A stretch of DNA of 63,957 nt, the filler included, from Octopus bimaculoides (lineage: Eukaryota), in the NCBI RefSeq assembly GCF_001194135.2. It is 5 parts of 5 records of this genome, joined end to end, with 100 filler letters (N's around TTAATTAATTAA, not from the genome) between each part and the next. Parts side by side here need not be neighbours in the genome. Positions count along the whole stretch, not along the records: positions 24,674 to 39,069 come from NC_068982.1; positions 39,170 to 62,825 come from NC_069006.1; 3 more parts are not named here. One strand, 5' to 3'. The first letter of the stretch is position 1, and the number at the start of each line of letters is the position of its first letter. Both the position numbers and the translations under genes were made by a program. Positions 26,875 to 39,207 of this stretch are shown in pieces. The notes under the pieces were generated by a model that made no database searches, had not been told where the DNA came from, and saw only the letters and a list, made by a program, of their open reading frames with translations.

Positions 26875-27081
26875 AGGACAGCGAGCTGGCAGAATCGTTA
26901 ACCGGAAAAGTGCTTAGCAGCATTTCTTCCGGCTCTTTATGCTCCGAGTTCAGATCCCGACTTTTCGGAGGTCGATAACATAAATCGATAGAATACGCAC
27001 ACCTTGTGCCCTGGGACCGGTGTGATCGACTAACCCCTTCTCACATACTTCAGGTCTTGCACTCATAGTAAAAAGACATTA
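26875..27081 (+). mobile_element. SINE, group A, with an internal deletion
   Basis: ggacagcgagctggcagaatcgtta..aagtgcttagcagcatttcttccggctctttatgctccgagttcagatccc..ggaggtcgataa. Confidence 0.85.
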
Positions 27082-27234
27082 CATAAGCACTTTGTTGAAA
27101 CTTTTGTTGGTAATACATATATCTTTTGCTCAGTTTGACGACGTAACTGTTATGTGTAACCATAACAAACCATAATAAAACATTTGGTTTGACTAAAATA
27201 TATTTTTAGTGAAGACTATTTATGAATACTAAAT

Positions 27235-27960
27235 ACAAAGTACACTCCAGAAGCTTTTAGACCTTTTCAAGAAAGACATTACTTTGAAGGTACAAAACAC
27301 TAATCTCTATCAAAGTAGCATTCTCTGATTCAACGCACTTGTTGTAGTGTTGCAGCCACTTCGTGAAGCCCCCATGAAAGCTCTCCAGAGTGAAGGTGTC
27401 CAGAACCCTTGTCAGAGATCCCTTCATATTGAAAACAACTGCCTGGGGGTTCTTCAGTTTGGGGAACAACCAAAAATCGCAGGGAGCAGGGCCTGGATTG
27501 TAGAGAGGGGGCGAAAGACTGTTTTGATGCCCATCTCTATCAAGTAGTTGGTTACCAGGAGGTTCGTAACTGAACACCTTAGGAACACACTTTGCATAAA
27601 TTTTGCGCATGATCAGATTTTTCATGAATAATTGTGTAAAGTTGCCACACCAAACTGAGTGTTTATTGTCTTTTATAGACACGATGTCTTCATCCAGAAA
27701 ATTGCAAATTTTCTCAACCAGCTCTGATGTTCTGACGTCCCTTTCCCTCTCATACCTCTCATCGTCCCTCACCTCCTCTCTATAATCCTTGAACCGCTTG
27801 TGCTAGCGAAAAAGCTTATTAATAAGTAGTCTGGAACATTTCATAAGTTTCCGTAGCATTTTTGCTCAGTTTAACACAACACTTTATTACATAGCGAGCT
27901 TCCAAACATCCCGGCTGCATTGTGTAAACTAGTCAATGATGACAAGCAGTGTTTTGCAGG
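27235..27960 (-). mobile_element. Internally deleted mariner transposon
   Basis: Minus strand: MQPGCLEARYVIKCCVKLSKNATETY, RDDERYERERDVRTSELVEKI, MRKIYAKCVPKVF (WVP motif) joined to VTNYLIEMGIKTV and PAPCDFWLFPKLK..KWLQHYNKCV. Confidence 0.9.
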
Positions 27961-28139
27961 ATGTGTTTAAGGTGCTCCTTCAATCTAAAATAAGAAAAAT
28001 AGGCAGATCAGCTCATTAGATGAATAGTAATGATATAATAAAATTACAATAATCTACGACAGTTATAATTTGCTCTCCTAAAGAGAAAGACTCAGAATCT
28101 CTTGAATGCAGTCGTTGCTACTAAAGTGATTCCAACAAT

Positions 28140-28340
28140 ATTATTCCTTTGTTTCACTTATTGGACTGCCACCATGCTGGGGCACCGTCTCAAGGGGATT
28201 AATCAATTAAATCAACGCTATTATTTTTTTTAGGGTCTTGTATTTACTCCATCAACTTTTTTGCCGAAACCCTAAGTTACGAGAGCGTAAGCAAACTAAC
28301 ACTGGTAAACAAGCAGTGAGTGATATATACCATCACAAAG
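28140..28340 (-). mobile_element. SINE, group B, 3' half
   Basis: gactgccaccatgctggggcaccg, tttttgccgaaaccctaagttacg..gtaagcaaac. Confidence 0.7.
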
Positions 28341-28369
28341 ACACACATGCACAAATACACATATGCGCG

Positions 28370-28418
<49 letters not shown>

Positions 28419-29412
28419 ACGCACACACGCATATGCATGGACGCACAACATATATATATACATACCTAAATATGATCAATCAAATGTATCAATAAAAGTA
28501 CTTGTATAGATACTGCAAATGCATTGTCAGATGTTTTATAAGGTGAAAGCTCCGGCTGTCATATTTTTTAAAGTCTCGGATAATATTCTTTGATCATTCT
28601 GTCTTTGATCACAGCCCTTCTGTATGATACTCACCATTCTATCTTTGATCGCAACACTTATTCGTTTCCTTTCATTGGACAAAAAACGCTAATTAAGATT
28701 ATTGTAATTGTTTATTATTTCAGAGTATTGCACGATTAATGATTCCATCTTTGGACCGGTATATAAAGGAATTTGAAATTGTAAGGAATATCGAACAGGA
28801 ATCTCGATGCATACCCATCTATGGAAAAACTGCGGATTGTTTTGCCAAACTCTGTCGTCGTTCTGGAAGTATAAATGTTGCTTACTGTTGTTTGGAAAGT
28901 ACTATAAGAAAGCTCAAGAAAATAAAAGCATTTTTACACAAGGTAACAATGAAATTATTTCATTATATGCTTCACTATTGAATTTTCTCTTTGTTATCTC
29001 CAGCCGGTTGTTTAAACAGGTAGCCTCCTAAATTAGCCTTAAAACAGTTTATCAGGAAAGTCTTTGGTGACAGGTCGAACAAATAACTCGAATCAAGAGT
29101 TGTCCTCGCTCGCATTACTATATCAGATCCTGTCTATGAAGAACTCTTCCTGCAGCATAAACTTGCAAATCACACAAGAATATCTTCTTTTGTATCTATA
29201 CACAAAGTTCCGAGCGCATAGATCTAAATTTAATGCTTAAAAGAGAAAAAGTCTTGACATTTCGGATGTTAGTCCTTCATAAGAAAAAGAAGAAAATAAA
29301 GAACGGAAAAATAGAGAATGAGAAAAGTTGATGGGAAAGAAAGAAAAATTTAGGAGCCAGGTGGGTATGCGGTCCCATGGGGGAGGAGTTCGAAGAGAAG
29401 GAATGGTTGCTA

Positions 29413-29480
<68 letters not shown>

Positions 29481-32124
29481 TGCACATACAAACCACCACG
29501 ACCCCCTCCCACACCCAAAGTGTGTGCATCTATGTATGTATGTGTATGCATCACACATATACGATGCCTCCTCCGCTTTATTGGAGAAAAAAAATAAACA
29601 CTTTGCTCTCTGGCAACGCAACGATCATGTTTTTCTTTGTCGTTGTATACAAGTGTTAAACCGTTTATCGCAAAAGTTAAATTAATCACGCCGTCCTCAC
29701 TATTGCATTGTCTTTCAAATCCCAGTAAACCACCACCACCACTACCATCACCACCACTACCACCACCACCACATCAAGTACCACTGATATGCCCAACACT
29801 GTTGTCGCTACTGAGAGGTGGTGTATATGTACGCATGCTGTTGCTATCTTCGATGCTTGGATACAACTGAATAATCGATTTTAAATTCTTTACAGACGCA
29901 CTGAATTAATAAATGGCGCCATAAAATTCTGAGACATAATGTTTGCCTCCTTATTCACCCATTAAAAATTTTCTCATGTAAACAATGCAAAATATCTTAT
30001 AACTTCCCCTCAAAATAAATGAAACGGTCACGGGTGTAGTGCCTTTTGTCAGCGGTCAGAGATGACCTAGATCTAAACAACAAAACCCACAGTGACAATT
30101 GAATCTCCCTTAGAAATTTCTCCATCTTAATAAAAATGGACATTTTAGATAATGTGGACTGATGAACATTCTACCTAAAAACACAGGGAATAGTAATGAC
30201 TAGAATACTTTTAATCATAGGACTGTTTGATCAAGGCTAACCTTGAGTTAAAAAAAAAAAAATCAGTCTTTAAAAATATCGATCTTGCCTTTATTCAGAT
30301 TTAAACACGAGACATGACTCCTACGAGATATGAGGTTGAATGATTTTCATAAGCTTTTCAAGAATATTATCGACGTAAATGAAGTGAAATATCGAGGTGT
30401 AACGTAAACCGAGGCGGAAACGCTGTGTAGAGTAGTACTTTTCTGTGAGGGATGTGCAATATATATCGTTTCCTCAGATACTGGTTCTTACACTCCTTGG
30501 GGTTCAGTCACGTTCAGAGAAAGGCCTGAACCGCTGGTTTTATAGCAAGACCATCCCAGCTAAAATATTCACGAGGAAAACCTGTCCCCACTGATCAGGG
30601 AACAAGCTCTAAGTCCCCAACAGTAGAACAAGTGACGAGTGGATGAGTACACGATTTCAACTGATGAACTAGCAGAAGGGGACAACGTTTGATAGATTGG
30701 ATATAAAAACGCAGCTCAAGCAATACGTGGGTTGGCGGTAGTCCGTTGTTTCGTTGCCTAATCCTGCATTTCACATTTCACATTTGCCACTGAGAATGTC
30801 TTCGACATAGAGAATGTGGACTAATGCATATTCTACCTAAGAACATACGGAATGGTATTGACTAGAATACTTTTGTTTATAGGATCAAGAGTATTCTAAT
30901 CATTACTATTCCTGACAAGTCGGAATCCACCCTAATCAAAAACCCGCCACCGGCATTTCTTCACTAAAGAAAGAAATACTGGGAAACGAAAGGCCGATGT
31001 ATATGGAATGGAAAATCTTTGTTACATACTAAAATACATTCAAAGACTTCATACATATTCCTTGATATAGGGAACAGAATTTTCTATCATTTACTCATTT
31101 CTTAAGGGCTTTATTGACCAGAATAGAACGAAACGCCTTCATCTGGGAAACCACTTGAAGACATCGTGGAATTAGTTGAACACAGAAGAGATAAAACAGC
31201 TTTTCTCTCTGTGGGAACATGACATAGTGAGAGCTATCAACTATCCAAAAAATATATAAATCATCAATAAATTAAAATTCCGAACGTAGCGTTTATTGCA
31301 GTATAATTTATGCAAACAATATTCAAAAATAAATTAAAGGCTAGAAAACTTTCTTGCATGTCACATTAGTTTTTGTAGAATCAACCACCAAAATACTTTC
31401 TTATTTTCTTTTCGTTTCATTTTCTTGCGAAACTCAAATAAGAACCACTACTCGTGTTTAGATTCATTGATCAAAGGGCAGCTTTGACAGAAGGGACACA
31501 ATCAGGTTGAGACACCAGTGTTTCAATGTCCCCTTACGTCAATGAATCCTGTGTGTTGTCAACACACATCGTCTGAAAAGAGAAGTATTCTCTGAAGGCG
31601 AAATACAACAGCAATTTTTATATTCACGTTCAAATCTGCCTGAACATATTAAGAATGAATATGTACATCCTCGTTTTGATTCTCGCTGTTTTACGTGCAT
31701 ATGATAATTAATCATCCGTTCATTATGTTCCTGCAGAAACTCCAGTCTCTATGAGACATGGGTTGGAAATTAGTCTAACTTATTAACTTTTTTTTTTTCA
31801 GCTGTTTATAAAACTTCGAAAGGACGTCAGACTCAATTTGAGGAACAATATAACTCAATTTTCGCTCCAGGAACAAGAGGAATTCACAATGACTATCCTT
31901 CGCAGAACTTCCATGCAACTAGACTACATACAGGAGACACTGAAAAAGCTTTAAAAGTAGTTTAGGAAACATTTTCCATTCACCGAATCATTTCATAGGT
32001 CTTCTTTGTATATTTATTGTGATTTCATTTGGTTCTGCTTAGAACCACATCTTTATAGAAGAGAAAATGCGATGTTTTGACGTCCAAGTCTTACCATGAG
32101 TATGACCAGCTTATCTTTTATGTT

Positions 32125-32310
32125 TTTTGTCTTTTGTCTTTTACTTGTAGCAGACATTAGACTGCAGCCAAGCTGAAGCATCATCTTGAAGGTTTAGTTG
32201 AACAAATCGATCCCTGTAGATAGTTTCTAAATTTGGTACCTATTCTTTAAATGAAGTACTTATTCTATCGATATCTTATCCAGAACCGCTAAGTAAATAC
32301 TTAGCTGACG
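32125..32310 (-). mobile_element. SINE, group B, 3' half
   Basis: ttttgtcttttacttg..cattagactgcagccaagctgaagcatc..aaatcgatccc..gtacttattctatcg..gaaccgctaagt. Confidence 0.75.
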
Positions 32311-32567
32311 GGATTCAGTTGTAGCGACGTTCTGCGTTCAAAACATGCAACATTTGACTTCCCTTTCCACTTTCACCCACTAGGAACGATAAAATATGTA
32401 CCAGTAATATACTGCAAATAATCTCTCTTATGCAAATTTATTACCTTGCTCAAGTTACACATAAAAACAAGTGTTATTTTTTTAAAATCTGCATAGATTT
32501 ATTTAAATATATAAAAACATCACATGTAAATCATGCACACAGACACACACATACATATATACGTATG

Positions 32568-32616
<49 letters not shown>

Positions 32617-33338
32617 NNNNNNNNNNNNNNNNNNNNNNNNNNNNNNNNNNNNNNNNNNNNNNNNNNNNNNNNNNNNNNNNNNNNNNNNNNNNNNNNNNNN
32701 NNNNNNNNNNNNNNNNNNNNNNNNNNNNNNNNNNNNNNNNNNNNNNNNNNNNNNNNNNNNNNNNNNNNNNNNNNNNNNNNNNNNNNNNNNNNNNNNNNNN
32801 NNNNNNNNNNNNNNNNNNNNNNNNNNNNNNNNNNNNNNNNNNNNNNNNNNNNNNNNNNNNNNNNNNNNNNNNNNNNNNNNNNNNNNNNNNNNNNNNNNNN
32901 NNNNNNNNNNNNNNNNNNNNNNNNNNNNNNNNNNNNNNNNNNNNNNNNNNNNNNNNNNNNNNNNNNNNNNNNNNNNNNNNNNNNNNNNNNNNNNNNNNNN
33001 NNNNNNNNNNNNNNNNNNNNNNNNNNNNNNNNNNNNNNNNNNNNNNNNNNNNNNNNNNNNNNNNNNNNNNNNNNNNNNNNNNNNNNNNNNNNNNNNNNNN
33101 NNNNNNNNNNNNNNNNNNNNNNNNNNNNNNNNNNNNNNNNNNNNNNNNNNNNNNNNNNNNNNNNNNNNNNNNNTATATACATATATATATATATATATAT
33201 AATATTTATTTAAGTATTTAACATTTATTTAAAGATTAACCTATAGGAGTCACTACTCGGAGTTCATGCCTCCTAACCTTTGAGCACTGGGTGCCGTCAG
33301 AATTCCGGAAGGGGAACCTCTGAATAGTGAGTCGCTCA

Positions 33339-33374
<36 letters not shown>

Positions 33375-34249
33375 TATATATACATATGTTCATACGTACA
33401 GTTTTGTAGAACCATGCATGTATGAGAAAGCTGTTTAAATGAGTATTTATTATTAAAATTGGATGCGTGTTGTTAAGAATCTGTGCAAGATGGTATACGC
33501 TATTTATTACACTGACTTTTTTGAAAAAAATATTCTCTTGAGTCAATAAATAAAAGGTCCATCGAATTTTCGGAAAAGTATTAGTTATAAGGAGAAATAA
33601 GATCGGTTCCAGTTATAGTCTCGGTGGCACTTCCAGAAATACTTTGTCAAATCTTACAAAATAGATGCAATATCTCAACCATACTGGCCATGACATCTGA
33701 CCTGAAATGTGTCACCGTTAATGTAACTTCTCATGACACCTATTTAAAATTGTGTCATCTGAGCCATAGACTATTGATTTGTATTCAGGAACCGAACACA
33801 ACGGGTGATATTATATGAAGTGAAGGATCTGCAAGTACAAATCTAATTCAGAGTAATTTGTGATTCACTTTCTTAATGTTAATACTTGTCTAGAAAATTC
33901 AAATAATCATAAAAATCATATAGACACCTATAAGATGTCTTAGAATATTTATTTGTATAGTTATACACACCCACGTATTTATTTATTTATCTATTTATTT
34001 ATTTATATATTTATTTATATTTGTTACATTATATTTTGACTTTGGAATATTTATTATTTGTAATACTAACTTTTGTTTTTTAACGTTGATAAATAAAGAG
34101 TGTAAATATTTTCCCGTTGTCAAGATTTTTTTTTACCTAGATCTTTATCAATATCATGAAACTGTTTTATAATAAATGTATTAGTCATCCGGTATATGCA
34201 ATTGAGGAAGTATTTAGTTATAACAGTCATCTATATATCATAATGTGAA

Positions 34250-35553
34250 CGGAGTGGTATCAAAACGTTCCGGACTAGTTCTGTTGTGCATAAACAGAGT
34301 GCAGTACACGGTTGCGTGCGCAGTGAGAACTAGCAGTGACCTTCACGAGGCAGTGTAGCGAGTGTCCTCGCTATGTTTACTTCGCAAGTTGTGAAATTTG
34401 TGTTTTTGTGATCACGTACATGCTGTAGTCTGCGATTTTGCCATGGTCAGGAAGTTGGAACAAAGAGTCAACGTGAAATTTTACGTTAAACTCGGGAAGT
34501 CTGCTACAAAGACATTGAAATGCTTCGGCAAGCTTACTGCGACGAGGCAATTGGTCGTACGCAATGTTTTGAGTGGCACTGGTGCTTCAAAAGCGGAAGA
34601 ACCTCCCTGGAAGACCTGCCACGAGCGTCACCCCAGAAATGTGGAGAAAATTTGTCAGCTTTTGCATCAAAAACCACTGGAGGAAATCAACGACATCGCT
34701 AATGTTGTTGGTCTGTTGTATTGGTCCGTGTAGGCAATCCCAACGTCTGAATTGAACATACAGTGTGTCTCTGCCAAGTTTGCCCCCATCCCGCCTGCTA
34801 ACCACTGAGTGGAAAGAACATCGCGTCGAAGTCAGTCAAGATCTCCACCAGCGTTCCACATAAAGGATGACCCATCCTTTATGTCAAGGATCAACACCAG
34901 TTAGAGTTGGGTCTACGGGTACGACCCTGAGACGAAGCAGCAGTTGTTACAGTGGAAGAGCCCATCTTCAGGACCGAAGAAGGCACGACTGAGCTGCAGC
35001 TTAATCGTGAACATGCTCATCGTTTTATTCGACATCTACAGTATCGTACATCGAAAATTCGCCCCCAGGGCCAGACCGTCAATCGAGAGTTCTACTGCGA
35101 CGTTTTGAGGTGTTTGAAGGAGGACAATCGGCGAAAGCGGCCAGAGCTGTAAAGCGCGAGGTGTTGGATTCTTCACAGCGACAATGGACCCTGTCACCAA
35201 GCTCTTCTCACTCGTGAGTTTCTGGCCCAAAACAACATGGTATCGCTTCCGCACTCACCCCATTCGACTGATTTAGCATCTACGGACTTCCATCGCTTCC
35301 CCTACTTGGAGATGCAGCTCAAAGGTCACCGTTTTAACACCTTTGTCGAGATTCAGAACGAATCGCAGAAGGTCCTCGACTAACTTCCAGAAAACGACTT
35401 CCTGACCGGATTGTAAAAGTGGCAAGAATGCTGGGACCGGTGTATTACTGCACAAGGTGACTATTTCGAAGGAGATGATGTTAAAACTTAGGCAAATAAA
35501 TTATTTTTTTTTATTAAACATAACTAGTCTGGGAACTTTTTGATACCACCTCG
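34250..35553 (+). mobile_element. Full-length (1304 bp) mariner DD34D element with transposase pseudogene at 34443-35491
   Basis: TIRs CGGAGTGGTATCAAAACGTTCCGGACTAGTT and AACTAGTCTGGGAACTTTTTGATACCACCTCG|TA. Translation: MVRKLEQRVNVKF.., SWVYGYDPETKQQ, HSDNGPCH-(34 aa spacing)-HSTDLASTDF, WDRCITAQGDYFEG. Multiple stops and frameshifts. Confidence 0.95.
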
Positions 35554-36149
35554 TATACACTGATGATAGGCCAGTTACAGCGTGTATGTCTCGAGATAGC
35601 ATCTTTTATGGACTTGCTGAGTGAAAAAACACAATGAATATGGGAGAGAGAGAGACGAAAAACGACCCCCAGTAGAAAAAACGCCCCAGCAAGAACATCA
35701 ACTGCTTTTCAGCCTTTTTTATATAGCAATTGCCAATGACGGATTATTATTCCCCAGGGCGGCTATTCGTAACATCAATGATAATTTTATTCACAGTTAC
35801 TTATATCGAAGGACAAATTCTCGTCTGAGCATGTAGCTGGCTGCGAGTACGTACCGTGGAAAGATCCAAAAGTGACCGAAACACATCTGGTTTTGTTGGT
35901 GGTCGCTGCTGGGTGAATTTTTTGCATCCCTCCAATGTTTATGGTGTTTTTCAAACAGCACATTCATAATATATGTTATCTCGGAATAAATAACACAGTA
36001 ATTTGCCTTTCGACGTGTGTTGGGTTGTACTATTCATCCTTCTGATCATTGAATGCAACACGTCTATCAGGAAATCTCCGTTCGGGTGATGTTCCTGAAT
36101 TACCACCTCACCGCTGTACGCCAATCCGTCACAACGTTACTTATTTATA

Positions 36150-36282
36150 GCTAAACGGACATTTATAGCTAAATGAAGTGTTTTGCTCAAGAACACAATG
36201 CACAGAAGGTCTGGGAATCGAGACCACAATCTCGTGATCGTGAGTGAAACACCCTAACAACTAACCCACATGCCTTCACATA
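36150..36282 (-). mobile_element. SINE, group C, 5' part
   Basis: Reverse complement tgtgaaggcatgtgggttagttgttagggtg..ggtctcgattccc..gcattgtgttcttgagcaaaacacttcatt. Confidence 0.8.
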
Positions 36283-36329
36283 GATAGCTATTGTAAACTT
36301 AGTGATGGCTGAGTGTTTGCAATTCTTTT

Positions 36330-36700
36330 TAATTTTTCAGAATCTCTCTTGCTAAGTGTTTTGGCTATTGAGGCTTTGTTAGAATCTACTAGTGCTTTTC
36401 GGGCAGACTCATGCATGATGATAGCTGGTCGGGCGTTAGGGTTGAACCCACTAATCCAGTACACCGAGTTACTGAGAGAAGTCTATTTAAATGCCTATTT
36501 GTTTTCTATGTGTGGAATTGAACTCTTCATTACAACCTAAAGATTATGTAATCTCATAACTTGCTGGATCGTAAAGGCATCACTGAAAATTTTCATTTAA
36601 CTTGCTGAGTCTGGAGTAACCCTGACCTTTGTAGGTCCCCCGAAACCGATGAGTTTGATCTCGTTAATGTTCGGTTTAAAGTGTTGCAGATCAACATTGG
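36330..36700 (-). mobile_element. Possible APE-endonuclease N-terminus of an RTE-like LINE
   Basis: Minus strand ATL(N)..RTL, SASKMKIFSDAFTIQQ and AIIMHESARKAL resemble TxNVRTL..DIICIQE..LLSPxAxKAL; strongly decayed. Confidence 0.35.
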
Positions 36701-37326
36701 CAGGGAACACATGACTGAAGAGAAAATTCCAGAGGGGAGATGTTCTTGTGAGGAAGGATTGGGACAGTGGTTTGTATGGGACTGATGGTTAGACGAAACA
36801 AAGGTGGCGACAGGCGGAGAGAAGAATGAGTCGGGATATCTGAATGGCGGAAGTACAAGACTATCTATTTCCCAAGAATAAAATCCACTATAATAGCGTC
36901 AGAGCAGACGGAGAAAGACCCTTCTCTGAATGTGGTCAAGAATATCTGTGTATGTAACAGCCAAACTACCCAAATGTGGAAGCAGCACTCCATTGTGGGG
37001 CTTGTAAAATGTCCACAACTGTTGGTTCATCTGTTTGCAATATTTCTCGAGAAACCCAGATTATCTAGCTAATAAAACACGCATGAGGTATTCAATGTTT
37101 AAGGTAGTGGTAGCGTTGTGTGATAATACTTACTTATACTAGAGTGAATTGGACCTTCGAGAATTAAGTGTCTTGGTTATGGAAAGAACCCACTTTTGGG
37201 AATAAAATATGGTTTGTTGACCCTTAGGTTAGTACGTTATTGAAGTAGTCTAACTAACAAAACATAAGCTGGAATATATTTTGAGTCGTGAAAAAGTGAA
37301 GTGTAACGTCTCGGTCGTTTGTCTCC

Positions 37327-37329
<3 letters not shown>

Positions 37330-37406
<77 letters not shown>
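37330..37406. repeat. (GA)n microsatellite
   Basis: Read directly. Confidence 0.97.
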
Positions 37407-37408
<2 letters not shown>

Positions 37409-37659
37409 TGAAGATCTTATTATTGGGTCACAAAATAGCGAACGAAATAGTTATCTGATTCAGAATTACAAGTTTGTCAGGGATAGATCTCTAAGTCTCT
37501 AGTGACACGATACAAATTCAAGACTCGTTGGCTGGTCCTTCGTTATTGTATAGGTATTTTCAATAGTAATTTTCAGTTATGTTATCACATGTTCATAGGT
37601 CATCGATTTAGTATTGTTTTACACAGTTGTATGAAATACGATTAAATAAATTATGAAAT

Positions 37660-39069
37660 AAGTTGCCCGGTGCAGCTCCAATTCTGCGTTCCACATCCTA
37701 TTCTGAGGTACACTTGTTTGATAAAAGGCTGCCTGGATATAGAAATGCTCTACTTTTTTGAGAGGTGTATCAGAGATGGTAACATCAAAATCTGGTAAGA
37801 TGGTATTTGGGGCTGGTTGTGCAAGGACCTTGGTTTTCTTGATGTTTACTGTAAGGCCAAAGCGATGGTAGACCATAGGAAAGTTTTTTTACAGACTGCT
37901 GGAGTTCTGCTTTTGAATGACAGCGGACAGCATTGTCATCAACATATTGAAGTTCTGAGATGTGTTGTATGTGTGTTAGATGTTTTGATCGAAGTCTACT
38001 AAGATTGAAAAGTCCTCCACCATATCGATATCTGATTTCAGCTCCTGGATTATCTGGAAGGACTTCGTGAAGCATTACAGCCAGATACAAGGAGAATAGC
38101 TCGTAGGTGCCAAGACGCATCCTTGTTTTAGTCTGCACGTGATTGGAAATTCTTCTGGTAGTATGTTTTTGGTGGAATACACGTCCAGTCATATCATGAT
38201 TGCTTGAATCAGAGAGATCATGTGATCCAGTATGATGAAAATCCTTCCGCACAGCAGCTGCTTGGAATGCTATCAAAGGCCTTTTCAAAGTCATAGAAAA
38301 CAAGGAAAATGGGCTTTTGTCGGCCCTGCTTTTCTCTTGGAGTTGCCTTGCACAGAAAATCATGTCAGTTATGCCACGTGGATCTTTTCGGCGATGGCCT
38401 GGAGCCAATTTAGAAGTATCATGGTAAAGACCTTTCCAGTGATGGAGAGTAATGATATTCCTCTACAGTTCCCACAGGCTTTTCGATTACCTTTTTGAAG
38501 ATTGTTATGATGATTGTTATGACTTTCAGTTCTTTAGGAATGTGTTAGGATTCCCACATGTTTAGGATGAGGGTGAAAATGCGATTTTTATCAGCTCCAA
38601 ATGGATGTTATCTGGGCATGGAGACTTCCTTGATATCATTTGCTTCATAGTTTGCTTGAATTCGTGAAAAGTAGGCTCCCTGTTCATTCACGGCTGAGAA
38701 AGATGAATTGGAACGTTTCTCAGGACGTTCTCAGCCGTGTTCAAGTTTCTATTTAGGAGGGTGGAAAGATGTTCCTTCCAGTGTAGTCAGGATATTTGTA
38801 TTGTCAACTGCAAGAAGGAGTCCAGTTGTTGTTCGTACTGGTCCATATAGTTGTTTCGTTCCAGCATAGAAATTTCTGAGGTCACGTGCATCTACATAGC
38901 CTTGAAGTTCAACTGCTTTTTATTGCCACCAAATGTTCTGCAGTTCTCTTAGTTTTGTTTGAGATATGTATGCATATGTTATTAAAATTGAACTCACAGG
39001 TTTTTCAGTTTCGTATAGCGGTACTGCAGTCTATGTGCTTACATCTTCACTCAGGTTTTGCTGTGGCAG
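37660..39069 (-). mobile_element. RTE (BovB-like) LINE RT region, decayed, cut by a scaffold join
   Basis: RWKEHLSTLLN, RGISLLSITGKVFTMILLN, RGITDMIFCARQLQEKSR, LFSLYLAVML, EIRYRYGGGLFNLSRLRSK, ELQYVDDNA, RFGLTVNIKKTKVLAQP, LKKVEHF. Confidence 0.92.
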
Positions 39070-39169
39070 NNNNNNNNNNNNNNNNNNNNNNNNNNNNNNN
39101 NNNNNNNNNNNNNTTAATTAATTAANNNNNNNNNNNNNNNNNNNNNNNNNNNNNNNNNNNNNNNNNNNN
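39070..39169. other. Artificial scaffold-join spacer
   Basis: N44-TTAATTAATTAA-N44. Confidence 0.95.

Positions 39170-39207
<38 letters not shown>

Noticed and set aside
27257-27772. 171-aa ORF fusing the mariner HTH region to the C-terminus (possible KP-like repressor)
   Set aside because: The middle of the ORF is out of the transposase frame (true frame VTNYLIEMGIKTV) and the first HTH is excluded, so continuity looks like chance compensation.
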